Shown here: positions 1-12,208 of the stretch, piece after piece | Layout: each line of letters begins with the position of its first letter | How positions within the stretch are numbered: position 1 is the stretch's first letter | Source: Macrostomum lignano | Lineage: Eukaryota | Direction: 5' to 3' | Assembly (NCBI GenBank): GCA_002269645.1 | Contig: NIVC01000099.1 | Coordinates: 124,001 to 188,000 of the forward strand | DNA: 64,000 nucleotides | Program-made: the position numbers and the translations under genes | Notes under the pieces: generated by a model | Database searches by the model: none | Told to the model about the DNA's origin: nothing | Seen by the model: only the letters and a program-made list of their open reading frames with translations

Positions 1-2
1 AC

Positions 3-3000
3 TCGGCGGACTCCTACGAACGAAAGTTGAAAACAATTTTCGGCACCTGCATTGACGACTTTCGAATCGAACGGGTGCGCGGCGCCCTGTTCGCCGACCT
101 GCTGCGGCGTCAGTTCTACGTGATGAACGGCTCGGTGGTCGGCCAGTTCGACCTCGACCGCGAGCTGCTCTCCGCCGTGAAAACCTTCGGAGCTTCGGCC
201 TTCTTCGAGTACCGGGTGGAGCCGAACCCGCTGGACGGAGGCCGGTACACGATTTCGGTGAGGGTGTTGCCTGTCCTGAAGCTCAGGTCCTGAAGCTCAA
301 GGTGCTCTGCTCTGAGTGCGGCAAGTAAACTTATTTCGCCCTTATTTCCAGATTTACAACGGCGGGATCGGCATGCTGCCTGCCATGTACCTGTTCGACT
401 TTGTGAGTACTGGACGCAGCTGTCTGTGCACTGGTGCGCGATTGAAGAAAGGACACAGGGAAATGGCTGTACATGTGGAGCAGAGATCACTTGGGATGTA
501 AGCGGATACTGGGTCAGAGAGTACACAGGGTCAGAGAGTACACAGGGTCAGAGAGTACACAGGGTCAGAGAGTACACAGGGTCAGAGAGTACACAGGGTC
601 AGAGAGTACACAGGGTCAGAGAGTACACAGGGTCAGAGAGTACACAGGGTCAGAGAGTACACAGGGTCAGAGAGTACACAGGGTCAGAGAGTACACAGGG
701 TCAGAGAGTACTTTATTTCCAGTACCACAGGCAGCGCGAGTCCTACAAGGAGTACATGAGAGCAACAGCAAAACTCCTGGTTGCCGACGCCGAGCCCGGC
801 ACGGTCGATAATCCGAACGGCGTCACGGCGCGCATCGAGAACTTCGTGCTCGACGTCATGGAGATCGAGACGGCCCTCGCCAATGTGAGCTCTGTGGAAG
901 AATTCACCTAGCAGGGAAATATGGTTGGGGAGAATTCTCCCAATTACCAAAGCACTGTCCCACTGTCAATACCAACAGTTCAGCAGGAACGCCGCTGGAC
1001 CGGACCCCGACAAGCCGCCGCTGGCTCCTGGCAACCAAATCAGCCTGACTGAGATGGACTCGAGCTACCAGCCAATCAGGTGGTCCGCGCTGTTCAGCGG
1101 CACCCTTGAGTCCGGGGTGCAGGGCTCCACCAGAGTGGCAGTGCAGACGGCTGACTACCTGAGGCGGGCGATGACCTACGTTGGGGAGACCATCAGGTTG
1201 CTGCACCCAGTCGATTATAACAGGCAAGTCGATTCCCGTTGAGACCGACGTCGCTTTGCTAGACAGGGAGTCCCTCTTGTTAGAGGCAGGAGTCACGTTT
1301 TACGAGCTATAAACATATTCACCCGCTATAGACACCGGATTTACCCGCTACAGACACAGGATTTACCCGCTACAGACACAGGATTTACCCGCTAGAGACA
1401 CAGGATTTACCCGCTACAGACACAGGATTTACCCGCTAGAGACACAGGATTTACCCGCTACAGACACAGGATTTACCCGCTACAGACACAGGATTTACCC
1501 GCTACAGACACCGGATTTACCCGCTACAGACACAGGATTTACCCGCTACAGACACCGGATTTACCCGCTACAGACACAGGATTTACCCGCTACAGACACA
1601 GGATTTACCCGCTACAGACACAGGATTTACCCGCTACAGACACAGGATTTACCCGCTAGAGACACAGGATTTACCCGCTACAGACACAGGGTTTACCCGC
1701 TACAGACACAGGATTTACCCGCTACAGACACAGGATTTACCCGCTACAGACACAGGATTTACCCGCTACAGACACAGGATTTACCCGCTACAGACACAGG
1801 ATTTACCCGCTACAGACACATGATTTACCCGCTACAGACACAGGATTTACCCGCTACAGACACAGGATTTACCCGCTACAGACACAGGATTTACCCGCTA
1901 CAGACACAGGATTTACCCGCTACAGACACAGGATTTACCCGCTACAGACACAGGATTTACCCGCTACAGACACAGGATTTACCCGCTACAGACACAGGAT
2001 TTACCCGCTACAGACACAGGATTTACCCGCTACAGACACAGGATTTACCCGCTACAGACACAGGATTTACCCGCTACAGACACCGGATTTACCCGCTACA
2101 GACACAGGATTTACCCGCTACAGACACAGGATTTACCCGCTACAGACACAGGATTTACCCGCTACAGACACAGGATTTACCCGCTAGAGACACAGGATTT
2201 ACCCGCTACAGACACAGGATTTACCCGCTACAGACACAGGATTTACCCGCTACAGACACAGGATTTACCCGCTACAGACACCGGATTTACCCGCTACAGA
2301 CACAGGATTTACCCGCTACAGACACAGGATTTACCCGCTACAGACACAGGATTTACCCGCTACAGACACAGGATTTACCCGCTACAGACACAGGATTTAC
2401 CCGCTACAGACACAGGATTTACCCGCTACAGACACAGGATTTACCCGCTACAGACACAGGATTTACCCGCTACAGACACATGATTTACCCGCTACAGACA
2501 CAGGATTTACCCGCTACAGACACATGATTTACCCGCTACAGACACCGGATTTACCCGCTACAGACACAGGATTTACCCGCTTCAGACACAGGATTTACCC
2601 GCTACAGACACCGGATTTACCCGCTACAGACACAGGATTTACCCGCTACAGACACAGGATTTACCCGCTACAGACACAGGATTTACCCGCTACAGACACA
2701 TGATTTACCCGCTACAGACACAGGATTTACCCGCTACAGACACAGGATTTACCCGCTACAGACACAGGATTTACCCGCTACAGACACCGGATTTACCCGC
2801 TACAGACACAGGATTTACCCGCTACAGACACAGGATTTACCCGCTACAGACACAGGATTTACCCGCTACAGACACAGGATTTAACCGCTACAGACACAGG
2901 ATTTAACCGCTACAGACACAGGATTTACCCGCTACAGACACATGATTTACCCGCTACAGACACAGGATTTACCCGCTACAGACACAGGATTTACCCGCTA

Positions 3001-6000
3001 CAGACACAGGATTTACCCGCTACAGACACATGATTTACCCGCTACAGACACCGGATTTACCCGCTACAGACACCGGATTTACCCGCTACAGACACAGGAT
3101 TTACCCGCTACAGACACCGGATTTACCCGCTACAGACACAGGATTTACCCGCTACAGACACAGGATTTACCCGCTACAGACACAGGATTTACCCGCTACA
3201 GACACATGATTTACCCGCTACAGACACAGGATTTACCCGCTACAGACACAGGATTTACCCGCTACAGACACAGGATTTACCCGCTACAGACACAGGATTT
3301 ACCCGCTACAGACACAGGATTTACCCGCTACAGACACAGGATTTACCCGCTACAGACACAGGATTTACCCGCTAGAGACACAGGATTTACCCGCTACAGA
3401 CACAGGGTTTACCCGCTACAGACACAGGATTTACCCGCTACAGACACAGGATTTACCCGCTACAGACACCGGATTTACCCGTACAGACACAGAATTTACC
3501 TGTCACCGTCAGCTAATGCCACACCCATGCTCCCTCGCACAGGAGGCTGTCCAACTACCTGAATTGGCAGGTGATCCGCAATTACAGCGGTGACTTATCG
3601 AGCGCCTACGTTCACGCCAAGCGCGAGTTTGAGTCCAGCCTGTCCAGCAGCAGCTACATCTACCAGAGCAGGCTGGACTATTGCTTGGACCGCACCAAGA
3701 ACTTCATGTTGCTGGGGCTCAACAGCCTCTTCGTTGCGGACCACCTGGTGGACTCCAGCAAGCAGGCTGTGGGTCGGGACTTGTTTTTGTTCTGTAAAGC
3801 TCGCCCCAGGCTCTCTCTGATCTCTGATTATCATTCTTCTACCGGTAGATGGGAACTAATGAGCTCCAATCAGTACGAAACTGGTCCTAATTAAGCAAAC
3901 TTCGGTTTTGTCAAATTTTTCCCGCGTAAGAGTAAATCGCTTATTGCGATGAATATCGGATATGAATCCTGCACCGGCTGCACTTGTACCCGGTTGAGCT
4001 CGGGCCTCAGGAGCCTCCGATTGGGCAGTGACCTCTGCCCTGCTCCCCTCTCTCCCTCTCCGTCTCTCCGCCTCTCTCCCTCTCTCTCCCTCTCTGCCTC
4101 TCTCCCTCTCTCTCCCTCTCCGTCTCTCCGCCTCTCTCCTCTCTTCATCTCTCTCCCTCTCCGTCTCTCCGCCTCTCTCCATCTCTCTCCCTCTCCGACT
4201 CTCCACCTCTCTCCCTCTCTCTCCCTCTCCGTCTCTCCGCCTCTCTCCTCTCTTCATCTCTCTCCCTCTCCGCCTCTCTCCTTCTCTCTCCCTCTCCGTC
4301 TCTCCGCCTCTCTCCTCTCTTCATCTCTCTCCCTCTCCATCTCTCTCCCTCTCCGCCTCTCTCCTTCTCTCTCCCTCTCCGACTCTCCACCTCTCTCCCT
4401 CTCTCTCCCTCTCCGCCTCTCTCCTTCTCTCTCCCTCTCCGTCTCTCCGCCTCTCTCCTCTCTTCATCTCTCTCCCTCTCCATCTCTCTCCCTCTCCGCC
4501 TCTCTCCTTCTCTCTCCCTCTCCGTCTCTCCGCCTCTCTCCATCTCTCTCCCTCTCCGACTCTCCACCTCTCTCCCTCTCTCTCCCTCTCCGTCTCTCCG
4601 CCTCTCTCCTCTCTTCATCTCTCTCCCTCTCCGCCTCTCTCCTTCTCTCTCCCTCTCCGTCTCTCCGCCTCTCTCCTCTCTTCATCTCTCTCCCTCTCCA
4701 TCTCTCTCCCTCTCCGCCTCTCTCCTTCTCTCTCCCTCTCCGTCTCTCCGCCTCTCTCCCTCTCTCTTCATATCTCTCCCTCTCCATCTCTCTCCCTCTC
4801 CGCCTCTCTCCCTCTCTCTCCCTCTCCGACTCTCCACCTCTCTCCCTCTCTCTCCCTCTCCGTCTCTCCGCCTCTCTCCTTCTCTCTCCCTCTCTCTCCC
4901 TCTCCGTCTCTCTCCCTCTCTCTTCATCTCTCTCCCTCTCCACCTCTCTCCCTCTCTCTCCCTCTCCGTCTCTCTCCCTCTCTCCTTCTCTCTTCATCTC
5001 TCTCCCTCTCCGTCTCTCTCCCTCTCTCTTCATCTCTCTCCCTCTCCGCCTCTCTCCCTCTCTCTCCCTCTCCGTCTCTCCGCCTCTCTCCCTCTCTCTC
5101 CCTCTCCGTCTCTCTCCATCTCTCTTCATCTATCTCCCTCTCCATCTCTCTCCCTCTCTCTCCCTCTCCGTCTCTCCGCCTCTCTCCGCCTCTCTCCCTC
5201 TCTCTCCCTCTCCGTCTCTCTCCCTCTCTCTTCATCTCTCTCCCTCTCCGACTCTCTCCCTCTCTCTCCCTCTCCGTCTCTCCGCCTCTCTCCCTCTCTC
5301 TCCCTCTCCGTCTCTCTCCCTCTCTCTTTATCTCTCTCCCTCTCCGACTCTCCGCCTCTCTTCATCTCTCTCCCTCTCCCTCTCCGCCTCTCTCCGTCTC
5401 TTCGCCTCTCTCCCTCTAGAATCTGAAATCAGATTTGCCCATGAGCCTTGGGGCCAGCAGACTCCAAGCAGTCATTCCGAGTGCTGACTCTAGCAAAACC
5501 CTTTCGCAGGTGGACAGTCTGTACAAAACTCTCCAGTCTGAGTTCGTCAGCGGCATTGAAAAGCTCGACTGGATTGGGTCCACCGAACGAGCCAAGATGA
5601 GGATGAAAATTCAGGCTGTGGTGGACAAGATCGGCTACTCACCGACTGAGATCCGGGATGAGTTTCTGGACGAGTACTACAAAGATGTGAGCGTAAATTA
5701 TGATACTGAAGGTTCGATTTAGTACTCTTAGATTAATGTGTCACTCCAGATTGGAATGTGTCACTCTAGATTAGAATGTGTCACTCTAGATTGGAATGTG
5801 TCACTCTAGATTGGAATGTGTCACTCTAGATTAGAATGTGTCACTCTAGATTAGAATGTGTCACTCTAGATTGGAATGTGTCACTCTAGATTAGAATGTG
5901 TCACTCTAGATTAGAATGTGTCATTCTAGATTAGAATGTGTCACTCTAGCTTAGAATGTGTCACTCTAGATTAGAATGTGTCACTCTAGATTGGAATGTG

Positions 6001-9000
6001 TCACTCTAGATTAGAATGTGTCACTCTAGATTAGAATGTGTCACTCTAGCTTAGAATGTGTCACTCTAGATTAGAATGTGTCACTCTAGATTAGAATGTG
6101 TCACTCTAGATTAGAATGTGTCACTCTAGATTGGAATGTGTCACTCTAGATTAGAATGTGTCACTCTAGATTAGAATGTGTCACTCTAGATTGGAATGTG
6201 TCACTCTAGATTAGAATGTGTCACTCTAGATTAGAATGTGTCACTCTAGATTAGAATGTGTCACTCTAGATTAGAATGTGTCACTCTATAGATTAGAATG
6301 TGTCACTCTAGATTAGAATGTGTCACTCTATAGATTAGAATGTGTCACTCTATATAAAAATTAGCTCTAAACTCTCGCACTGTCACGCACCCCGCCCGCA
6401 CAGCTCACTGTTGACCCGGACTACCCCATGATGGACATCTCAATCAGCTGGCAGAACTTCAAGCGCCTGAAGCAGGGCTCCCTGCTGGGCACCGTACAGC
6501 AGGCCACCGCTTGGAGCGGCGCCACCTTCGACGTGGCTCTGTCCATGACTTCCACAGCGCAGCTGACAGTTCCTGCAGGCATTCTGCAGTGGCCATTCTT
6601 CTCCCCTCAGCTGCCGGGCTACATCAATTTCGCCACCATCGGGCAGCGGATGGCGGCTGAGCTGATCAAGGCTGTGGATGCCACTGGTGACTGCAGAGCT
6701 GCTGCAGCTGCTGGACATGGGATTCCGATGGGATTCCAGTGGGATTCCGATGGGATTCCAGTGGGATTCCGATGGGATTCCAGTGGGATTCCGATGGGAT
6801 TCCAGTGGGATTCCGATGGGACTCCAGTGGGAATCCGATGGGACTCCAGTGGGATTCCGATGGGACTCCAGTGGGATTCCGATGGGACTCCAGTGGGATT
6901 CCGATGGGACTCCAGTAAGATTCCGATGGGACTCCAGTGGGATTCCGATTGGACTCCAGTGGGATTCTACGGGACTCCTATTGTAGCATTCTATTGGCCT
7001 AAAATTCGCCTTGTGCTTGTGAGATTATATTTGAGTCCAGTTAGGTACCGGCCGATTGAACAGGGGATGTTCTGACAAATTCGAATCCCAACCTCTTCCT
7101 TCAAGGCCAGCTCACGGACCAGCAGGGCAACTCAAATCCCATGTGGTCGGAGCGGACAAGGCAGAGCTATGTGGCGAAGGCGCAGTGCGTCAACTTCACC
7201 TACTGGGACTTGACGGCAGGGCCATATTGGGTTGGAAACAGAAGTTACTATGTGAGTGATTCTGTGGGGCAGGGCTGCTGGCTGAGTGATTCTGTGGGGC
7301 AGGGCTGCTGGCTGAGTGATTCTGTGGGGCAGGGCTGCTGGCTGAGTGATTCTGTGGGGCAGGGCTGCTGGCTGAGTGATTGAGCTGGGGCAAGTGGTGT
7401 GAAATCCCATACTGATTAAGTGATAATTACCATCCCGCACTCAGGTGGACATCAACCCGATAATCTCGAGAACTCTGCGCACGGCAGTTGCTGAGACGGA
7501 TGCGCTCCGGCTGGTGTCGAAGGCTTACGCCGGTTTCGAGGGGGGCGGGTCAGAACTCCCGCTGCCGCTTGGCCATCTCAACAAAATGCAGTCTTTGTTC
7601 ACTGCCTGGGCACAGGTGAGGCCGAGGGTCAAAAACGGGTACCAAAATGGCGGGTGTGGAGAAGGCACAGGTGAAGAGAGGGCACAGGTGAAGAGAGGGC
7701 ACAGGTGAAGAGAGGGCACAGGTGAAGAGAGGGCACAGGTGAAGAGAGGGCACAGGTGAAGAGAGGGCACAGGTGAAGAGAGGGCACAGGTGAAGAGAGG
7801 GCACAGGTGAAGAGAGGGCACAGGTGAAGAGAGGGCACAGGTGAAGAGAGGGCACAGGTGAAGAGAGGGCACAGGTGAAGAGAGGGCACAGGTGAAGAGA
7901 GGGCACAGGTGAAGAGAGGGCACAGGTGAAGAGAGGGCACAGGTGAAGAGAGGGCACAGGTGAAGAGAGGGCACAGGTGAAGAGAGGGCACAGGTGAAGA
8001 GAGGGCACAGGTGAAGAGAGGGCACAGGTGAAGAGAGGGCACAGGTGAAGAGAGGGCACAGGTGAAGAGAGGGCACAGGTGAAGAGAGGGCACAGGTGAA
8101 GAGAGGGCACAGGTGAAGAGAGGGCACAGGTGAAGAGAGGGCACAGGTGAAGAGAGGGCACAGGTGAAGAGAGGGCACAGGTGAAGAGAGGGCACAGGTG
8201 AAGAGAGGGCACAGGTGAAGAGAGGGCACAGGTGAAGAGAGGGCACAGGTGAAGAGAGGGCACAGGTGAAGAGAGGGCACAGGTGAAGAGAGGGCACAGG
8301 TGAAGAGAGGGCACAGGTGAAGAGAGGGCACAGGTGAAGAGAGGGCACAGGTGAAGAGAGGGCACAGGTGAAGAGAGGGCACAGGTGAAGAGAGGGCACA
8401 GGTGAAGAGAGGGCACAGGTGAAGAGAGGGCACAGGTGAAGAGAGGGCACAGGTGAAGAGAGGGCACAGGTGAAGAGAGGGCACAGGTGAAGAGAGGGCA
8501 CAGGTGAAGAGAGGGCACAGGTGAAGAGAGGGCACAGGTGAAGAGAGGGCACAGGTGAAGAGAGGGCACAGGTGAAGAGAGGGCACAGGTGAAGAGAGGG
8601 CACAGGTGAAGAGAGGGCACAGGTGAAGAGAGGGCACAGGTGAAGAGAGGGCACAGGTGAAGAGAGGGCACAGGTGAAGAGAGGGCACAGGTGAAGAGAG
8701 GGCACAGATAATGAGAGTTTTACTGTGGACATAAACCTGTATCATAAGCCTGAACTGAAATTGCAGACATTCTGCTTCACCCGGGATCCGCTGTACTCAT
8801 ACATCAGGGGAGCCTTGGGCCGCCTCATGCCAGAGGATATTCAGTAAGCCGCTGACTCATGCTGATATTTTTTCAAATTTTAACCTTCGCATTGTTTAAT
8901 GAACACTGCTCAATTGCAGCGTCAACGGAGTGCTGTCGCTGATCCCAGAGTTCCAGTCAGCCTTCAGCTGTCCTGCTGACTCAGCGATGGTGAAGCTAGG

Positions 9001-9028
9001 AGGCTGCAGCCCAATTTTCTATACCTGA
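3..9028 (+). CDS. Neprilysin/M13 peptidase-like protein, predicted catalytically inactive; 5'-partial, 11 exons in window
   Basis: Phase-consistent exons 3-257, 352-402, 723-884, 979-1223, 3543-3768, 5510-5686, 6404-6686, 7106-7251, 7445-7615, 8767-8843, 8920-9028 (TGA). M13 hallmarks: YKEYM..A.LL, NYL.WQ, LDW..., [29 protein letters not shown]. HExxH reads AELIK and ENIAD reads TAVAE. Confidence 0.88.
511..710. repeat. Intronic minisatellite, 17-bp unit GTCAGAGAGTACACAGG
   Basis: Near-perfect tandem copies between exons 2 and 3 of the M13 gene. Confidence 0.95.
1322..3500. repeat. Intronic minisatellite, 22-bp unit GATTTACCCGCTACAGACACAG
   Basis: About 2.2 kb of tandem copies with rare single-base variants; explains the 22-aa periodic ORFs. 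Confidence 0.97.
4035..5415. repeat. CT-rich polypyrimidine low-complexity array (intronic)
   Basis: Degenerate CTCTCTCC/CTCTCCG units; the S/L/P and E/R/G ORFs here are artefacts. Confidence 0.95.
5735..6352. repeat. Intronic minisatellite, 20-bp unit AATGTGTCACTCTAGATTAG
   Basis: Tandem copies between M13 exons 6 and 7. Confidence 0.95.
6716..6980. repeat. Intronic minisatellite, alternating 11-bp units GGGATTCCGAT/GGGATTCCAGT
   Basis: Tandem copies directly visible. Confidence 0.9.
7254..7381. repeat. Intronic 30-bp tandem repeat GAGTGATTCTGTGGGGCAGGGCTGCTGGCT (about 4 copies)
   Basis: First copy overlaps the GTGAGT donor at 7252. Confidence 0.9.
7665..8707. repeat. Intronic minisatellite, 17-bp unit GGGCACAGGTGAAGAGA
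   Basis: About 1 kb of essentially identical copies. Confidence 0.97.
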
Positions 9029-9707
9029 ACTTGTTGCTTCAAATCCAGCGCTTTCGATTTTCGACTGTCGGAAACTGCAGTCCAACACGTGAATGTGCAT
9101 GACACTGAAGTTAGAATGATTTTACAATAATTTTCTTTGTAAGCCCAATTCTCGCAAGTAATTGATTTACATGCCTATTTCGTTGCCGTGTCAATGCGAG
9201 AACCTCATAATATTGTTGTGCACCTTCTGAGGAAAAATACAGGTTTTGATAGTTTTGAATTAAAACCACTTCCGAGGCCTGCAGCCTTTGCGTGTTTTAA
9301 GGTGCAGCGGTAACGAGCCTGAATTAGGTTTATGGCAGCGTGCCAACCATGCCAAGCTTTCAAAAGAGACTCGTTTTAAATACGTACAACAAAAAACTTC
9401 CACAAGAAAGCGACAATTGCATTCAATTTCAAACAGTGGGCTTTAAAAAGACTATTCCTGTTGTTCTGTCTATGGCTGAGACTTCAAGAAGTCCAATCAA
9501 TTCCGACACGTTCGATTGATCGAAATTCTTTCGCTGGACAATCGTTTTGCTTAATACCTGGTGGATAGCATTGAGGCCAAGGACTAAAAAGTGGGCAAAG
9601 CATTGGCTTGGTCTTGGTGCGTGTAGGCTGTGGTTTAATGCGATTTATTGTGTGCAACCGATGGTTTTCGACCATAGACACTTCAGTGAGCCTTACAGGG
9701 CTTTTAT

Positions 9708-9852
9708 CATGGACTTCTATACTTAGCATAGAGTAGAGCACGCAGCAGTTTTTGATAAATGCATATCTATGGAAACAATTGGCCTCATGTGGTAATTTTT
9801 TTTGCGAGAATTTTTTCGCTTCCAGTCCATATGCTAAGTATAGAAGTCCATG
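9708..9852. mobile_element. hAT-type MITE (145 bp)
   Basis: Perfect 23-bp TIRs CATGGACTTCTATACTTAGCATA (9708-9730 and 9830-9852); exact 8-bp TSD GCTTTTAT (9700-9707, 9853-9860). Confidence 0.85.
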
Positions 9853-9932
9853 GCTTTTATGAATTAAAACCTGAAGCAATTGACGTTTACAAAGTAAATT
9901 TACATCCTGTTTTTAATCTACAGTGCTGTCAG

Positions 9933-9995
9933 TAACCCTAACCCTAACCCTAACCCTAACCCTAACGCTAACCCCAACCCTAACCCTAAACCTAA
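9933..9995. repeat. Interstitial telomere-type repeat (CCCTAA)n
   Basis: About 10 slightly degenerate TAACCC units. Confidence 0.85.
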
Positions 9996-10015
9996 CTGCC
10001 AAATACACGACTGTG

Positions 10016-10188
10016 AAGAGGGAAGGTCTGCAAGGATGCCAAAGGGAGGTCGTAAGCACGTGAGCGTGGATCAAGACATCCTGCATTTTCTGGAGGAGGC
10101 GATCCATGTGAACCCAAGTGCTACTTTAACCGAACTAAAAACTGGACTTCATGCTCGCTTCCGGGACAAACCAGACGTAGAAATTTAA
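10016..10188 (+). mobile_element. Tc1/IS630-like transposase N-terminal HTH fragment
   Basis: Translates EEGRSARMPKGGRKHVSVDQDILHFLEEAIHVNPSATLTELKTGLHARF, resembling the GGR...NP..TL.EL...L helix-turn-helix region; no catalytic domain. Confidence 0.55.
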
Positions 10189-10219
10189 CGATCAGTCGTA
10201 ATCTTTGCGACTAAAGCAA

Positions 10220-11585
10220 AGATAGGACAGGATCGATCTACGTGTCTAGCAGCATGATCTGCCAGCTGTGCTTGGCCGTGTGCTCAAATGCCAGCTTTCC
10301 CTATGCGGGACTGCAGTCTGGCATCGGCCGCCATTGTGGTAACCTCTAAGGACGTACAGTGAGGCTCCGGAGTCGCAGTGCAACCGGGATTGCGGCGACC
10401 CAGGGACGACTCAATACTACTCAGTGTAAGACATCCTAAGATGCTATTTCATAGGATGTCTTACACTGAGCAGGTTGACGCGGCGCGCAGGGCTCCAATG
10501 GGCCCTGGGCCCCAGAGAGAGCAGAATAACACAATGACTTACAAGCCGGGGCCCGGGCCATGAGACAAGCGACCCGCTGCGTCGTAGGCGACTCCAGCTG
10601 GCAGGCCGCATCATCCGCGCCTGTCAGCGCCAGTGCAGGAGTTGCTGCTGCTAACAGGTGTGCAATCGGTGTTTCGTTGAGTGCCTGTTGGCACTCCCGC
10701 TCTGTGGAGGTCCAGAAAGGCGGACCCGCAAGGTGGAGTCCTCAGCCCGATTTTCTGGAACTTGGTTTTGGACGAGTTGCTCAGCAGACGTTACCCGGAT
10801 CTGGTTCAGAAAATCGGCTATGCCGACGATGTTACCGCCACTGTGGCCGGACCAACTGCCGCGGTCCTAAGAGACCTCCTCCAAGCCTTCATCCACAGTG
10901 CCGAGCGCTGGGCAGACAGCTGTGATCTCAGGTTCTCTGAGTCTAAACCATGGCCATCATATTCACCAGCCACCGAAACTGCAGGATTGAACCGCAGGAT
11001 TGAACATGGAGAAACAAACCAGATGTCTGGGCGTCACCTCGACCACAGGTCCAAACCAAAGCAAGCAAAGCTCTCGCAGATCCGCAGAGCTTTCGGCGCT
11101 ACCTGGGGCCTCACCCCCCGCCTCTGGTGAATTCACACTGCCATTGTTAGACCGGCCATCTCCTTAGCCGGCTTCATTTGAAACAGTGCCCTAGAGGTGA
11201 AAGGGGTCCTTGATGCTCTTAACAGGGTGCAAGGCCGCGCTTGTTGAGCTATCATGAGCGCGGCTCCCTCCACGCCCTTTGCTGGCATGAGCTCCTTCCT
11301 GGACATTCCCCCCTTGACATCTTTATCAGCGAAGAGGCAATGAAGACCACCTAACGTCTGCTTGATGCGGTTGTCCTAATCCAGAAGCAGTTCGCCTTTA
11401 GAAAGCGGAACCTCCGGCCGCACGGCCATCAGCTTCTGCGCCATGGAGCTGTACAATCAGTGCGCCTGGGTGAAGGAAATTACCCCCAGTACATTCTGTG
11501 GAGATTACCCTTTACTCAGAGAGTTAAGCAGCGACCCACGCCTGTGAGCGCACAACCACCTGCTCGCGTAGAGTCAAGTAAGTCA
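10220..11585 (+). mobile_element. Internally deleted, frameshifted non-LTR retrotransposon relic (LOA/R1-like), related to the 48765-53640 element
   Basis: RT motifs QGGVLSP and IGYADDV; downstream ATWGLTP..W.HTAIVRP and RVQGRAC parallel the larger element but are diverged; stops and frameshifts; short TAAGTCAAG-like tail near 11570-11588. Boundaries approximate. Confidence 0.8.
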
Positions 11586-12208
11586 AGTTCATTGCAACCC
11601 ATATGGAATTCCGGCCGATTCACCTACGGCAGAGTCCCACCACCTGTAAACACAATCTATGAACTCTCACTAGGCTCCATGGAAGTTCCACGGCTTTCCC
11701 TGCTAGCCTCTGCTATATGCTCTATGGTATTAATTATTATTAATTAGGATGCAGCAGTAGCGTGAGTACTTTCCCTGGCGCTACCAAAAAATTACCTAAA
11801 CAGCCTGGCAACACTCTGAATCTGCTCGAACAAAGCATGGGGCTTAAGATTTCGACTCGGCAGTGAAACAGGATCCATCAGTCGGCCTCCCCGTTAGAAG
11901 CCGCTAAAATCATTCAAATAGATGTTTTTTATAAAATGTTATTTACAAGTTGAAAAAAATTCTCGTCAAAAACATTTCATGGAAACCCGAGGCAAGGATG
12001 GCCGGGCAGCGCGGACACCCCCGGACAGCGGCGGCTCCTTCGGGAATTTCGGCTCCTCTGTCTGAGCCCCTTTAACTGCAGTGAAGCGCGGTTTAATCCG
12101 TTTCTTTGAGATGAAGAATTTAAGGCCAAGCCGAGCAGGTGAGCAGCGCAGACTCACCGCAAGACCGATTCGAACCCACCGGCTGCCCCATCACTGATCA
12201 GTCCCAAG

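Noticed and set aside
3949-8745. Long ORFs 3949-5487, 4028-5419, 7525-8745 and similar
   Set aside because: Stop-free translations of tandem or low-complexity repeats; peptide periodicity equals the DNA unit length.
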